Below are positions 1 through 11,400 of a stretch of 64,000 nucleotides of DNA, piece after piece. The stretch comes from Yuukianura sp. NJ FZ-2021 (taxonomy: Eukaryota), in contig CM102287.1 of NCBI GenBank assembly GCA_046563655.1, forward strand, positions 7,130,001 to 7,194,000. The letters run 5' to 3'. Below the pieces are notes generated by a model, which was not told where the DNA came from, made no database searches, and saw only the letters and a list, made by a program, of their open reading frames with translations. Every line of letters begins with the position of its first letter. Within the stretch, counting starts at the first letter, position 1. Both the position numbers and the translations under genes were made by a program.

Positions 1-952
1 CCTGGAACCAACCGAGGGATGGGGGATGAAAGAGCAACCTGAATTCAAGTTTTGTGCAAACTTTTTTTTTCAAAATGCACTTAAAATTTTTGAATGGGGA
101 TGTTTGAACATAACTTTTTATCAAAGTTTCTAATTCAAGTTTCACCCATATTCCTAACCAAAATACTTTCGTGCAGTTTGGTTGGGAACAAACATAACGC
201 AGAAGCAGAACTGTGGACTGTTCTGTTAAGTTTTAAAGCAAATCTCTGTAAAAACAACAGGGTGTGTGTAGTGTTTTATATAATAATAAGCAGAGAGAGG
301 TCACATCAATTAGCACTTCTATTCTGTACTTCAACTTTCAACAGCAATTGCTGCAGATTACTGTGGGTCAAGTGTCAACAGCCTCTTGACTCCAAATTTT
401 TTTTTTGCTAGTGCCAGAAGCGTTGAGAGAAGAAAAAACAGTTAGGATTTTGCAGAGAGAGATGAGAGTGGAAGGGAGTTAGATTAAGATGTGCTTTTCG
501 GTGTTAATCAGAAAACCAATTAAGATTTTAGTACCCACCGAAAAATCGTGCAAATTGAAATAGCCAAGCTCCTTTAAATTCCGGAGAGACCGATGCAGGA
601 GGCGGTTGTATTTACTGCCTCCCACGGGGCAGGTCCCGTCAAACTGGCTCAACTGCTTGCCGATTGCAATCTCCACTCAGATCACGCAAGATTGAAACCG
701 ATCTTCATCTGACTATGATACATAGCACTGCAACTCAAGAGTCTCAAGATCAGTAACTTTTCAACAACATGACATCCCTCCAACATTGTCTTTTCCGGCT
801 GTCCACTCCATTTGACACATAACATGAGCACTACTCTCGAATGTTTCAATTATCCATTACCAAGTAGAGAGTGAAAGCAATTGAACACAGAGCGTCCTTG
901 ACCTTTGAAGAATGGAATTGGTTGCGCAAGATCGCTGGGAAGTTTACTTAAT

Positions 953-2126
953 TCAGAAGATGTAAGGAATGATTCGTTTTCGGTTCAGCGGGTATTCGGA
1001 TCCGAATTTTTTGAGATACCATTGGTGAGACATGGCTGCAGAATAGGTCTACAAAAAATTCAAAACTAACTTTCACAAAAGTTCCTTTCAAACATTTGCA
1101 ACAGTATTTGTAAAATCTGACTCACTTGATTTGCCAGTACCCAAATGGCAATCCAGTTCATCTCGTAGTTTTGAAATCCAAAGACCAAGGATAAACTCAA
1201 GTAAATCAGGAGTTCTGCGAAGTAGTTTGCGCAGGAAACAGAGTCAAACAGTCCACCCTTTGGAATTCTGTAGGATTTATCCGCAGCTAAAAACGAACGC
1301 AAAAATTGCAGGTTGTAAGATTAAATTTGATTTTCTCCAACATCTATGTTGACTCTTACGGTTGGTTCTTAAGCTTGCTAGAATTTTGTGAGCTTCCAAC
1401 TGCTTGATCCAAGCAAATGCAAAGAGTAGAAGAGAGGGCGCGGCGTAGAACAAGTCCAAGTCGACGCAACCTCTGCTTCCGCCGAACACAGAAACAACTG
1501 CTCCGAAGTAATGCCAAAATCCGACGATGTAAATGGTGATGTTCATTTTAGCACTAGCGGAAAAGTTGCTAATGAATAGACATTCGTACAGACGTCGGAA
1601 GATTTGAGTTGCTAACATACAGAGGGCCAGAAGAGCAGTCGCATCTGGAAACAAAGCATTCTTTTTATAATTTGGTTAACATTCAATGTTTAATTTTGTT
1701 TCGTTTGATTTACTCGGGAGACAAACGGAGGAGCCCAGCGCAAGGCCAAGCATTTCCTTCAGGAATTCGGAGTGGTTGAAGTAAGCGTAGATGGTCCATG
1801 TCACAAATGAAGTTGCGAAGATGTAAAAGTGAGTAAACCATCTGAAAAGTGACGAGAACGACGAAGGTGAAAGTGAGTCCAGTGAAATCAAAAAATGATC
1901 CAGTTTTTGTTTAATTTGCAATGCTAAATTAAACTAATTCACAGATTGATTACCTTTTCGGAACGTCGAAGAGAAGCGGAGTGGAGTCGGAGTGGATGTC
2001 AACGCCGGATCGTCCGAATCTCACACTTCGCAGAATAACAAGTGGAATGTAATCTTCAAAAAAAGTGCAGACATTGAGTAGAAGCATTTGCAGAGAAAAC
2101 AACTGGAAGGACAGTGTGAGCCACAT
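953..2126 (-). CDS. SRD5A3: Polyprenol reductase (SRD5A3/DFG10 family, steroid 5-alpha-reductase-like), 5 exons
   Basis: The spliced product has the family motifs DVPKRWFTHFY, QIFRRLYECLF, HKILASLR, YRIPKGGLFDSVSCANYFAELLIY and SHQWYLKKFGSEYPLNRKRIIPYIF*. ATG at 2126, TGA at 955-953, GT-AG introns. Confidence 0.9.
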
Positions 2127-2393
2127 CTCTTAAATTAATTTAAACTAGGAGTAGTGAATAAATCAGCTGATAAATATTTGTATGATGGGGCATTTGTGGG
2201 GAAAAGCTGTCAAATGATGTTGGGTGGAGAAGAGAATGCCCTGAGGGGATCCCCATGGCCAAATGCCTGGCAATGGCCAGTATGTGAATTCTGGATGTGA
2301 GGTCTCGAGAGGTCAGCTTTGGAACTTGACTCTGTTAATGAGTCAATTGAAGCTACCTGCTGCTGCATGCCGCAATGGCTTTCAGGAAGCCGA

Positions 2394-2437
2394 TGTAAAT
2401 GAGACAGTGACTTTTGCTGTAAATGAGACAGTGACTT
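2394..2437. repeat. Short direct tandem duplication (24-bp period, TGTAAATGAGACAGTGACTT x2)
   Basis: Copies start at 2394 and 2418 in the divergent intergenic region. Confidence 0.85.
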
Positions 2438-3187
2438 ATGGCTTTTACTTCAAAACAAAACGAATGACAAATGGCAGCTGTAAGGAGATGAGACAGTTGT
2501 AAAAATCCGGTTGACTTGGGTTCAGTAAGTCTGATTTATGTGCAACAATTATCGCCTAACCTAACTGAAACCGATCCTTAAAACGCTGCAATTCCACAGT
2601 TTCACCCTCCATATTCATCGTTTAATTTTCAATTAAAAAGAAGAACCCCACATCTCCTAATTCGTTCCAAAACATTATAATGTCATGTAAATTTTTTCAA
2701 GGTCACGCCAATTTTTGATTCAAGTTCACAGGAGTCCTTTTCAAGATCATCCACGCCCGGCGCTTCTCAAGGATTTGCGAATACGGAATTTGCGTTGGAG
2801 ATCCCTATAGTAAAGCATTCTGGAGTTAGGTTGTTTGTTAACGTCAACTTCAATGTTCAATAGGTTGCCTGTTCATTTCATTGTAATATTTACATAAGTG
2901 TCAATTAAATGGCAATTGTCGACTGTTAATGGCTCATAAATGAGTTTGACTGGCAGACACTCGAGCGTTTCAATGGTTTCAGATGTTCTATATCCCGACT
3001 TATGACTTATTGGATTAGTCAACAGAACACAAAGTAATGCAACTCGCTCCAGTTTTTTAATAAGTCACTCTCTGTTTCTACTGAAAATGGCAGCTTTCCA
3101 ATTATTGTTTCCATCGCATACAAAGGACGTGCTGCGTCAAAGCGAAATTTACTTGCCGACTGGGCTTGGAGAAACCAACAGCAGCCC

Positions 3188-5355
3188 ATGACTATGGCTT
3201 CAGTTTCCAGAAGCAGCTTTCTGTTTGTACTGGTATTTTTGGTGTTAATTCAAATTCTAACCAATGTGTTCCAGCATCATGTCAACTCCAATAATCCAGC
3301 ACAGCAATGCATGCCTTGTGCAAACGTATCAACAAGTTCCACAAAATCTCCACATGACGAATCCCCGGAAGAAGAGCAAAACCCAGTCAAGATATTCCGG
3401 AAACCGCAAATAGCTGCGTTGTTAAAATCTGGAAACAACGGAACGGAGCAGACTACGTCTGAGCTGGACTTTGCTCTGCGTCTCCGAAAACTTGTTCTGT
3501 GGAGTGTTAGAGAAGTCAATCTGCGACTGCGCGGTCAAGAGTGTGCTCACTGGTGGGCCAATCCCTTGTCGGTGACTGAATTAAAAGAAACGACAGTAAC
3601 AACGGACACAACGCAGTACAATTTGATATTTGAAATACAACCAGGGCGGATATTCTTCGAAAGTGTAGTTAACTTGCAGCAATTCCATGGGAAGCCACAC
3701 CTTCCGGATGATCTCGTCTTGGTCAGTGCTCGACGGCTGGATCCGGCCGTATCGCCGAGGAAGTGTGGTACAGTAGCTCCGAGTTTGCAGCCATTTTGTC
3801 TCTGTCCGGAGGAACAACCTGAAGCCATCCAAAAATCTGCTGATGCTCGGGAAGAATGGAAGGCAGAGGATCCAGAACTTTCTACTTGGCCGCCACATTT
3901 GTCATTTCTAGTGCCAGACTACGTGACTTTTGGAACAATGGATGCCTTCATCAAGTCGCCGGTCAACAACACCAACGTCTGTGGTCCAACTATCAAAATG
4001 GTTATTTTCGTTAGCTGTAATCCATACGAATTGGACGGGCGACAAGCGATTAGAGAAACCTACGGCAATCCAACGTTTCTCAAAAAATACTTTGCGAAGC
4101 TCTTTTTTATTTTCGACAGAGTCTCCGAGGACAAGGTTCTTCAAGTAAGCAAAAGTCACAACACGCAACACGTTTGAGAATATTTTTTCTATTTTTTATT
4201 TGGTTGTTCCTTTTTAGAGCATGATTGACTTGGAAAGTGAGAAACACGACGACATTATTCAGGCGAACCATGGTCACTCCTACAGAAATCTGACATTGCG
4301 TGATTTGGCTATGTTCAACTGGTTGGTGACGCAGTGTAGACTTCAAAATTGTCCGCTACCGCCCTTGATGATCAAAACTGATGACGACTTTTTCGTAAAT
4401 GTCCCAAGAGCCGTGGAGGTAGCTGAAGCGAATCCAGAGGCCCTTTTCATGTAAATTCTCATTTAAGGTCATCTCACACTTTCATCGAGGACCAAGGTTC
4501 CTTGACAACCGAATTGTATTTCCTAGAACAGGCTGTCCTATAATTCGGTGTTTGCAAAAGGTTTGCTTAAAATAATTTTCCCAATTCCCCCCCCCCCCCC
4601 ATTCCAGTTATTGCCTTACATAAAGAAAATAATTACCACAGGAAAAAAGTATTTCAAATTTTTCAACAAAATGAAAAGCATCGAGTTATTGGACAACCTG
4701 GTGTAGCAAAAAGATTTTTTTTGTTTAAGAACCTTGATTGAGGACGATGAACAAGTCAACTCTGTTGGTTTTAGTGGAGGTCACAACTGCCAACAGCCCG
4801 TTGTAAGAGACGCGACTGATCAGCAGAAGTATTACACCCCCAGATACATTCACTCTGTGGAGTACTACAGTGGGTACTTAAGCGGAGCCACTTGGTTAAT
4901 CCGAACAACAATTCTAAAGTACCTTCTCCAAGCATCTCTTACGACGCCTTTCATCCCTGCAGATGATGGTAAATACATTGTTATACCTTATTGGTGTTAC
5001 TCACTGAAATCAGTTGTTGAATATTACAGTGTACATAAGTGGAATGTTGACGAGGGAAGTGGGCATTCAGCCTGTTAATATTCCTCTTTTCATTTACGAA
5101 AGAGAAGCTGGTCCCTGCAAAACAAAGCAAATGGTAAAACATATTAACGGAAAATATGCCTGTTACTGACAATTTGTAAAAGCGGCAATTTGGTTGAAGG
5201 TAAACTCTGCTGTGAACGATACGAGTGACTTTCATTGGCACTGGAAACTCTTCAACGATCCAATGCCATCCAACTGCACTTTGGACAACCTGAGCGTCCA
5301 CCCAATCAACCAAGATGTCAACAAAATCTGCTTCTTCCATGAACAACGCCCATGA
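3188..5355 (+). CDS. Beta-1,3-galactosyltransferase-like (GT31) type II membrane protein with an extra Cys-containing luminal domain, 5 exons
   Basis: Exons 3188-4144, 4218-4450, 4775-4968, 5030-5133, 5200-5355. N-terminal TM anchor, then GT31 motifs RQAIRETYG, ESEKHDDIIQ, SYRNLTL, KTDDDFFVN (DxD), YLSGATW and DDVYISG. Confidence 0.85.
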
Positions 5356-5535
5356 CGAGTCATATTATGTTCATTTAAGTTTATTCACATTCATTATTCT
5401 CTTGCGAAAAGTTAAAAGAAAATTATATGATATGAATATTAAATAGTTACTTTGTAAAATGTAATATTTGAAGTGAAAACATAAACGCATAAGTCGCGTT
5501 AAAACGAAATTATTTGAATCTCCACTTTCTAATAG

Positions 5536-6230
5536 TGCAAAAATGTATAAATGGTTTTGATTTGTAAATTAAACAGGAATTAATACGTTGTAATTAGCGT
5601 CAAACGGTTTTCATCATGCAAGGCAACTCCTTGGATCATGCAATCCACAAAATCCACTTCCCAAAATTTAATTGATTCTAATCAAACATAATTTTTCTCT
5701 GGTTAATTGAACTGCCTGTAATCCTAGAATTTGCTTCTATGAATTTTTCCATTTTCGAAACCAAACTGAATCTTAATAAAATGGAAACATGAGAAATTCT
5801 ATACTTATTTTCCTGCTTTTGAAGCTGTAACCTGCATGTAGTACTTGAGTACAAATCCCATTCTATTTTGAAGTACAAGCTATGATGACGCAAAATCCTA
5901 ATTCAAAGTTGGGATTAAAAAGTCAAAAATTCGGCCATAAATAAAATACAAAAATAAATATTTTTTTGAAAGAAGCGAATAACTGTATAATATATATTGT
6001 AATCAAATGAAATTGCTCTTTCAATCCACACTTTATTAATTGGACAAAGAGGTATAAGTGGTTTTGATTTGTAAATTAAAAAGGAATTAACGTCATGATT
6101 GGCGTCAAAACATTTTAAGCCTGTAATCCCTGGATTGTTTAAAATACTTGCCAAAATTGGAGATTCTAATCTAATTTTAATCCTCCTTTAGTTAATTGTA
6201 CTTGAAGTGCCATTATTCCTAGAATTTTGG
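5536..6230. repeat. Diverged direct duplication (~5536-5735 and ~6040-6230) upstream of the LPMO gene
   Basis: Shared blocks GTATAA(A/G)TGGTTTTGATTTGTAAATTAAA(C/A)AGGAATTAA, GCGTCAAA, GATTCTAATC, GTTAATTG and TCCTAGAATTT occur in the same order in both copies. Confidence 0.7.
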
Positions 6231-6433
6231 TGATGATTTGGATCAGATATGCACTTGAAATCGTATGACAAACATTAATCTATTGCCAGGATCGCCAGCA
6301 TACTATATATACTTGCAATATAAATACTTAGAAAAATTAATACGTTTTCAATTGAAATTGACGATCTTTTATTTGAACAAGTTAGTTTCGCATTTTTTCG
6401 GCGCAACTTTACAAAAAAAAAGTGAAGGCCACA

Positions 6434-7420
6434 ATGGCATTGCGCTGTGTACTTCTGAGCTTGGTAGTTTTGACTGTAATTTTTGAGGTCAAAGGTCACG
6501 GACGCCTGAGAACTCCACCAGCTCGTGGAACCATTTGGCGAGAAGAGGAGTTTGCCAATCTAAATCCAGTTGTAAACTACGATGACAATGAACTCAACTG
6601 CGGAGGTCAAGTTGTAAGGAATTTGGAATAAAATTTTTAGTCTCAGAATTTTCCATTTTGGTTAATTGTTTTCAATTTTTTAGGTTCAATGGGGAGAAAA
6701 TGGCGGAAAGTGCGGCGAATGTGGAGACAACTACGCCATTCCGCAGCCACGCCCTAATGAAGGAGGTGGAGAATACGACAAGCAAATTATTGTAGCAAAC
6801 TACACTTCTGGACAGGTAAGCGTCAAGGAGCAAATTTGAGTCAAAGTCCAGCCATGCTGGAGTACTGGAGCTTAAAATTGTTGTTTTTCATTAGGAAATT
6901 GATATTTGGGTTGAGCTGACAGCAAATCATTTGTAAGTTGAAGAAAAATTTAAGTCAGAGCTATTAGCCAGAATTCTTGAAATGAATATTCTTCAAATTG
7001 AACTAATTTTCGCAGAGGTTATTTTGAATTTCGGCTCTGCGAACACAACAATCCAGGAACTCCGGAACAACAAAGTTGCTTGGACCAGCATTTGCTAGGA
7101 ATTGTTGATCCTGCTAATCCAGGCAGCACCAAAGTTCCCGTCTTCGATGAGGTCATGGACTACAACTTCAAGGTCAAACTGCCACAAGGGGTGACCTGTT
7201 TCCAATGTGTCCTTCAATGGCACTACCGAGCAGGTAAAGTGTCTCAAAATTTAACATCTCAAATGAAGCTGAATACGAAAATTGAGTTTTTGTACTTGTA
7301 ATTTTTCGGTTATATCTAATTTTAGGAAACAGTTGGGGAGTGTGTGAAGATGGCACTGAAGAGATGGGATGTGGAGAACAGGAGACGTTCCGCGGATGCG
7401 CTGACATTGGAATTTATTAA
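6434..7420 (+). CDS. Secreted lytic polysaccharide monooxygenase, AA15 family (chitin-binding type-4), 5 exons
   Basis: Exons 6434-6613, 6684-6815, 6895-6932, 7016-7233, 7326-7420. Signal peptide, then His1 (HGRLRTPPAR), NELNCGG, GGKCGECGD, ELTANHLGYFEFRLC (second His of the His-brace), CVLQWHYRAGNSWG and QETFRGCADI. Confidence 0.93.
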
Positions 7421-8230
7421 CAATTCGATACAGTCCTGCCAATAAAGTTCAACAGATGAAGTATTAGACGCACGACAAATTACGCAGAAACTATTTTTCA
7501 TCAACTTTTTACAATTAGAATATTCATAATTTTAGTCTCCAAGCTGTTTTTCCTACACCACTGTTCTCAGTTTCGAAATTTCGTTTTTGCAAAAGCTGAT
7601 AAAACTTTTGGTATAACTTCAGTTTTATCAATTAAAACAACACGTTAATCCTCTTCCAAAATAAAAAAAATAAAGTAACCTTCAAAATTCCACTTCAATA
7701 AAGTTATTTTCGGAATAACTTTTTACGCATTCGACGTTTTGAATTTTGAAAAGTATCGCACAATTGTTCGCTATTGAAATTTGTGCAATGTTGATGAGAT
7801 GACGAACAAAAAGCAGTTTCGAAGTGTAGATAGAATACAGTAGAGCTTTGATAGAATTGACCTTTGACATTTCACTTTGGTCACCATGCAATTTGTTGCA
7901 GTGGTTGCATTTTTAATGTCAAAGTTAAGGAGGACATCCACACAAAGTTAACTTTTGATGATAAAAGTTAGCAAAATGTATTGAATGAAACTCATTCAAC
8001 TCCAATCTTCCCTTTTTAAACATAGAAAGGACGAACGCAATTTAAATGTGGAGGTTGTTGGATATTATTTTCCCTTATTTTCACTTTTTCGAAAACGATA
8101 AATTTTTACTGATTCATGAAAATTTTGAAATAAGATTTTTCTTATTCTGGACTTTATGGACCATGGACATCATGGGGGACAGGAGTGCTCAAATGAGGTT
8201 AATTTCGTCTTTGGATTTGAAATTGGAAGG

Positions 8231-8270
8231 TATAAATAAGAGTAGTGTTCAAATGGAAAGTATACAGTTC
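8231..8270 (+). promoter_or_regulatory. Probable vitellogenin core promoter (TATA box plus Inr-like site)
   Basis: TATAAATA at 8231-8238, CAGTT about 30 nt downstream, and the Vg ATG at 8417. Confidence 0.55.
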
Positions 8271-8416
8271 CCGTTTTGAAACTTCCAGTGGTAGATCTGA
8301 AATTTCAGATATTTCCCTGGAATTTGTTTTTTTAACTCAAATCATACGTCTTTAACTTATTATTATTTTAAGAATTTGAATTTCGCGCGTACTCAAGCCT
8401 GTAAACGATTTTCAAC

Positions 8417-11400
8417 ATGAAGGCAGTAGCCTGCCTCTTGTTGTTTTCCCTGGGTAAGTTTTTATTAAAAAAAACTTTAATCAAAATTGAAAGACACGAT
8501 TTTTATAACGTTTCGACCACATCTTGGTGAATTGCGTAAAAAATTACAAATTAAGACACGATTCCAAGAAAAAATTTCTGCTTGAAGTGGAAGAAATTAT
8601 TGGTGCGACACTTAACGCTACTGCTACGACGCTACCGTAACCCAATGACACCGTAATCAATTTCTGAAATTTGATTTTTAGCGGGACTTGTTTCTGCCCA
8701 ATATGCCTTCAAACCTGGAAAAAGTTACGTGTACAAGGTACGCGGTCGATTGATGGGCGGAATTAGTCATGTCAACACACAATATGCTGGACTGGAAATG
8801 GAATACGAAATGAGGCTACAAGTGGTTTCACCAACCACCATTGTTCTAAAGGTACATTTTTATTGAGAAATCGTTTTTTAGAACAATGTTTCAAATATTA
8901 TTTCCGATTTAGCCACAAAACTTCAAGGCTTCTGACTTGAATGCTGAATTGGACGGTGGATGGAGAGAGGCTGAGCTTGAGCATGAGACGCCAGTCGAAA
9001 TCAAGCCGGAACTTTTGAAGTGAGAATTTTTCCTTTGTCTCTGCCAACAACAATATAAACACAAAAAATGTTGTTCGATCTTTACAAACTTGATTAGTAA
9101 TCGAATAATTATGTATCCTAAGATTCCTCGAGTCTCCAATCGAATTGACCGTGAAAGACGGCATGGTCGAGTCCATCAAAGTAGAAGACTACTTGCCAAC
9201 TTGGGCAGTCAATATCAAAAAAGTAAGTTTCAAAATTCAATTTTTTTTAACTTTTTTTTAAACTGAAATTTCTGTTAGGCTCAAGCTTCCTACTTTGTCC
9301 TGGACACGACTGGTGCACGAGCTGTTCTCACTGGAAACTTGAATCGTCAGACGAATGCTGTACGACCGGAAGATGAGAACACCGACAGTGGATTCTTCTA
9401 TGAGGTCATGGAGAACACCGTTCTCGGAGAATGTAAGGTCAAGGTCAACTTAATAGCAGAAGAGTGTTAAACATTGGTAAAACGTATGTTATTGTTATAT
9501 TTAAGGTGAGACTTACTACACCGTGTCACAGCAAGGAGCCTTCCAAGCACCTTATCCACTCCAAAGTGAACTCCAGCCAGGCGAGGTCACTTCTGACGAA
9601 CAGTCGAAAGAGGATTCCCCGAGTGCAGAAGAGCAGGATGACGAAGAAGGAGACAGCGAAGCCTTCCAGAAGAAGTACTACTACGCCCCAGGCCAAGAGT
9701 CACAGAGCCAGTACCGATACTACGAACCACAGGCTGCCAGGCAGTACTATGCCTACCGACAGTACGCTGCCAATGATGACTCTCAATCAGCCGAGGACAG
9801 CAGAGAGGTGAACAAACAACATTCAAATTGTTTAATCTTTTAAATTTTCCCAGCATTTTTTGAAAATCAATACTTTTTTAACAGACTCGTGAAGGAGAGC
9901 TTCCATGGCCAAAAGCCTTCGATAAGTTCTGTAACAAGGACGACCAAGTGTACGAAATCGTCAAGTACCTCAACTTCACCGCATGCACCAACAAACCAAC
10001 TTTGATGTACTCTACTTCAACTGGACTCCATGACCGCGGTGGTGGTAAGTGGCAAGGCAGGTGCATTGCAATATTTCAAAACATGCCAGACTTATAGTTT
10101 CATGGAACACATTTCAGACAATACCATTGGCACTGCCTTTGATCGTTTCGTTACCAGCCGATACTTGGCTTGTGGCAAAGATCGCAAACAATATACCATT
10201 TTGAGCATCAAACAAGAGGAGCAGTTCAACGTTGGACTTCGGCTTAGTCAAAAGACCATGGTTGGAAGTATGACCAACTTCACGCTCCAAGGAATCTACA
10301 ATGCCCAAATTCCGATCAAAGTCCAGAGCCCAAAGGTCATTGACGACTTGAGCTACACGTTTGACCCACAGGTCAGTTTGAGGAATTCAATATTTTTTTA
10401 GTGTAGATTTTTAAGCACGAGTGAATTTTAAAGTTTTCTTCCGTTTTACAGGAACAACGTATGCAGAAACAAGGACGCATCAGCCATGGTTACAACGACG
10501 AAGCCAATGACAACGACAGTGAAGAGGATTATCCAAGCACAACTCCTCGCTACTACGCAGCAAGATACTATGCTTCAGGAAGCCGCCCAGCAACTACTCA
10601 AGAGCCTGAGGCGCAGTCGTCTGAAGAAAGCGAAGAGACTAAAGCCAGAGACGAGACTTTTTTCAGATATGACACTGGTAAGGGCATCATCGGCAGAAGT
10701 TTGTTTTAATTTTTTGAATTTTAGTATAGTTTTTGTTAAGTTAATTTTTTTTGTGATTTTGAGTAGCTGCTGAGGGCAAAGGATTTCTCCCAAAACCATC
10801 CATGTTGCACCCTCCAGTCAACCCGTACTTGTCATCAGCTCTCCAAACTTCTGGAATGAAGAAGCGAATTCAAGATTTGATGAAGGAAATTGTTGAGGAC
10901 ATTTTGATCAACAAGCAGTCAATGGCTGAGGCCGAAACTTTGTCCAAAATTTCAACTGTTTGCAAAATCCTTCGTTATTTGAACTACGCTGACATTGAAG
11001 AACTCTACGAACAACTTGCCGCTAAGACTCAAACCGAAGAAGATCAAACTTCCCGCAACATCTTCCTCGACTGCATGGCCATTGGTATGTTCGAAAAAAT
11101 TCTTAAACCCAAAACTTTTTCAAATAACTGATTTTTTGAATTTCAGCTGGTACAAACCCCAACATCAAACAGCTTGTCGACCGCATCCAAAGGAAAGAAA
11201 TCTCCGGTGAACCTGCTGCGCAACTCATCTCATCTTTCCCAATGTACATCCGTACTCCAACTGACCAGATTATCAATGCCATCTTTGAACTGGCCGACTC
11301 CAGCGCTCTGGAAGACCAAGAGCAAGTCAAGACTGCTGCCATTTTGGCTGCTTCAAACTTAATCTACGAAGCCTGTGTCAACTCACGAATCGGCAGTACG

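Noticed and set aside
1..900. Exons of a minus-strand gene running off the left edge
   Set aside because: A donor-like site (~538) and an acceptor-like site (~2) exist, but I found no convincing ATG-initiated ORF or recognisable product.
4495..4700. MITE in the GT31 intron (AGGTT...AACCT ends, poly-C tract)
   Set aside because: The terminal similarity is weak and there is no clear target-site duplication.
6434..7420. LPMO as a bacterial horizontal transfer
   Set aside because: It has four spliceosomal introns and AA15-type motifs native to arthropods.
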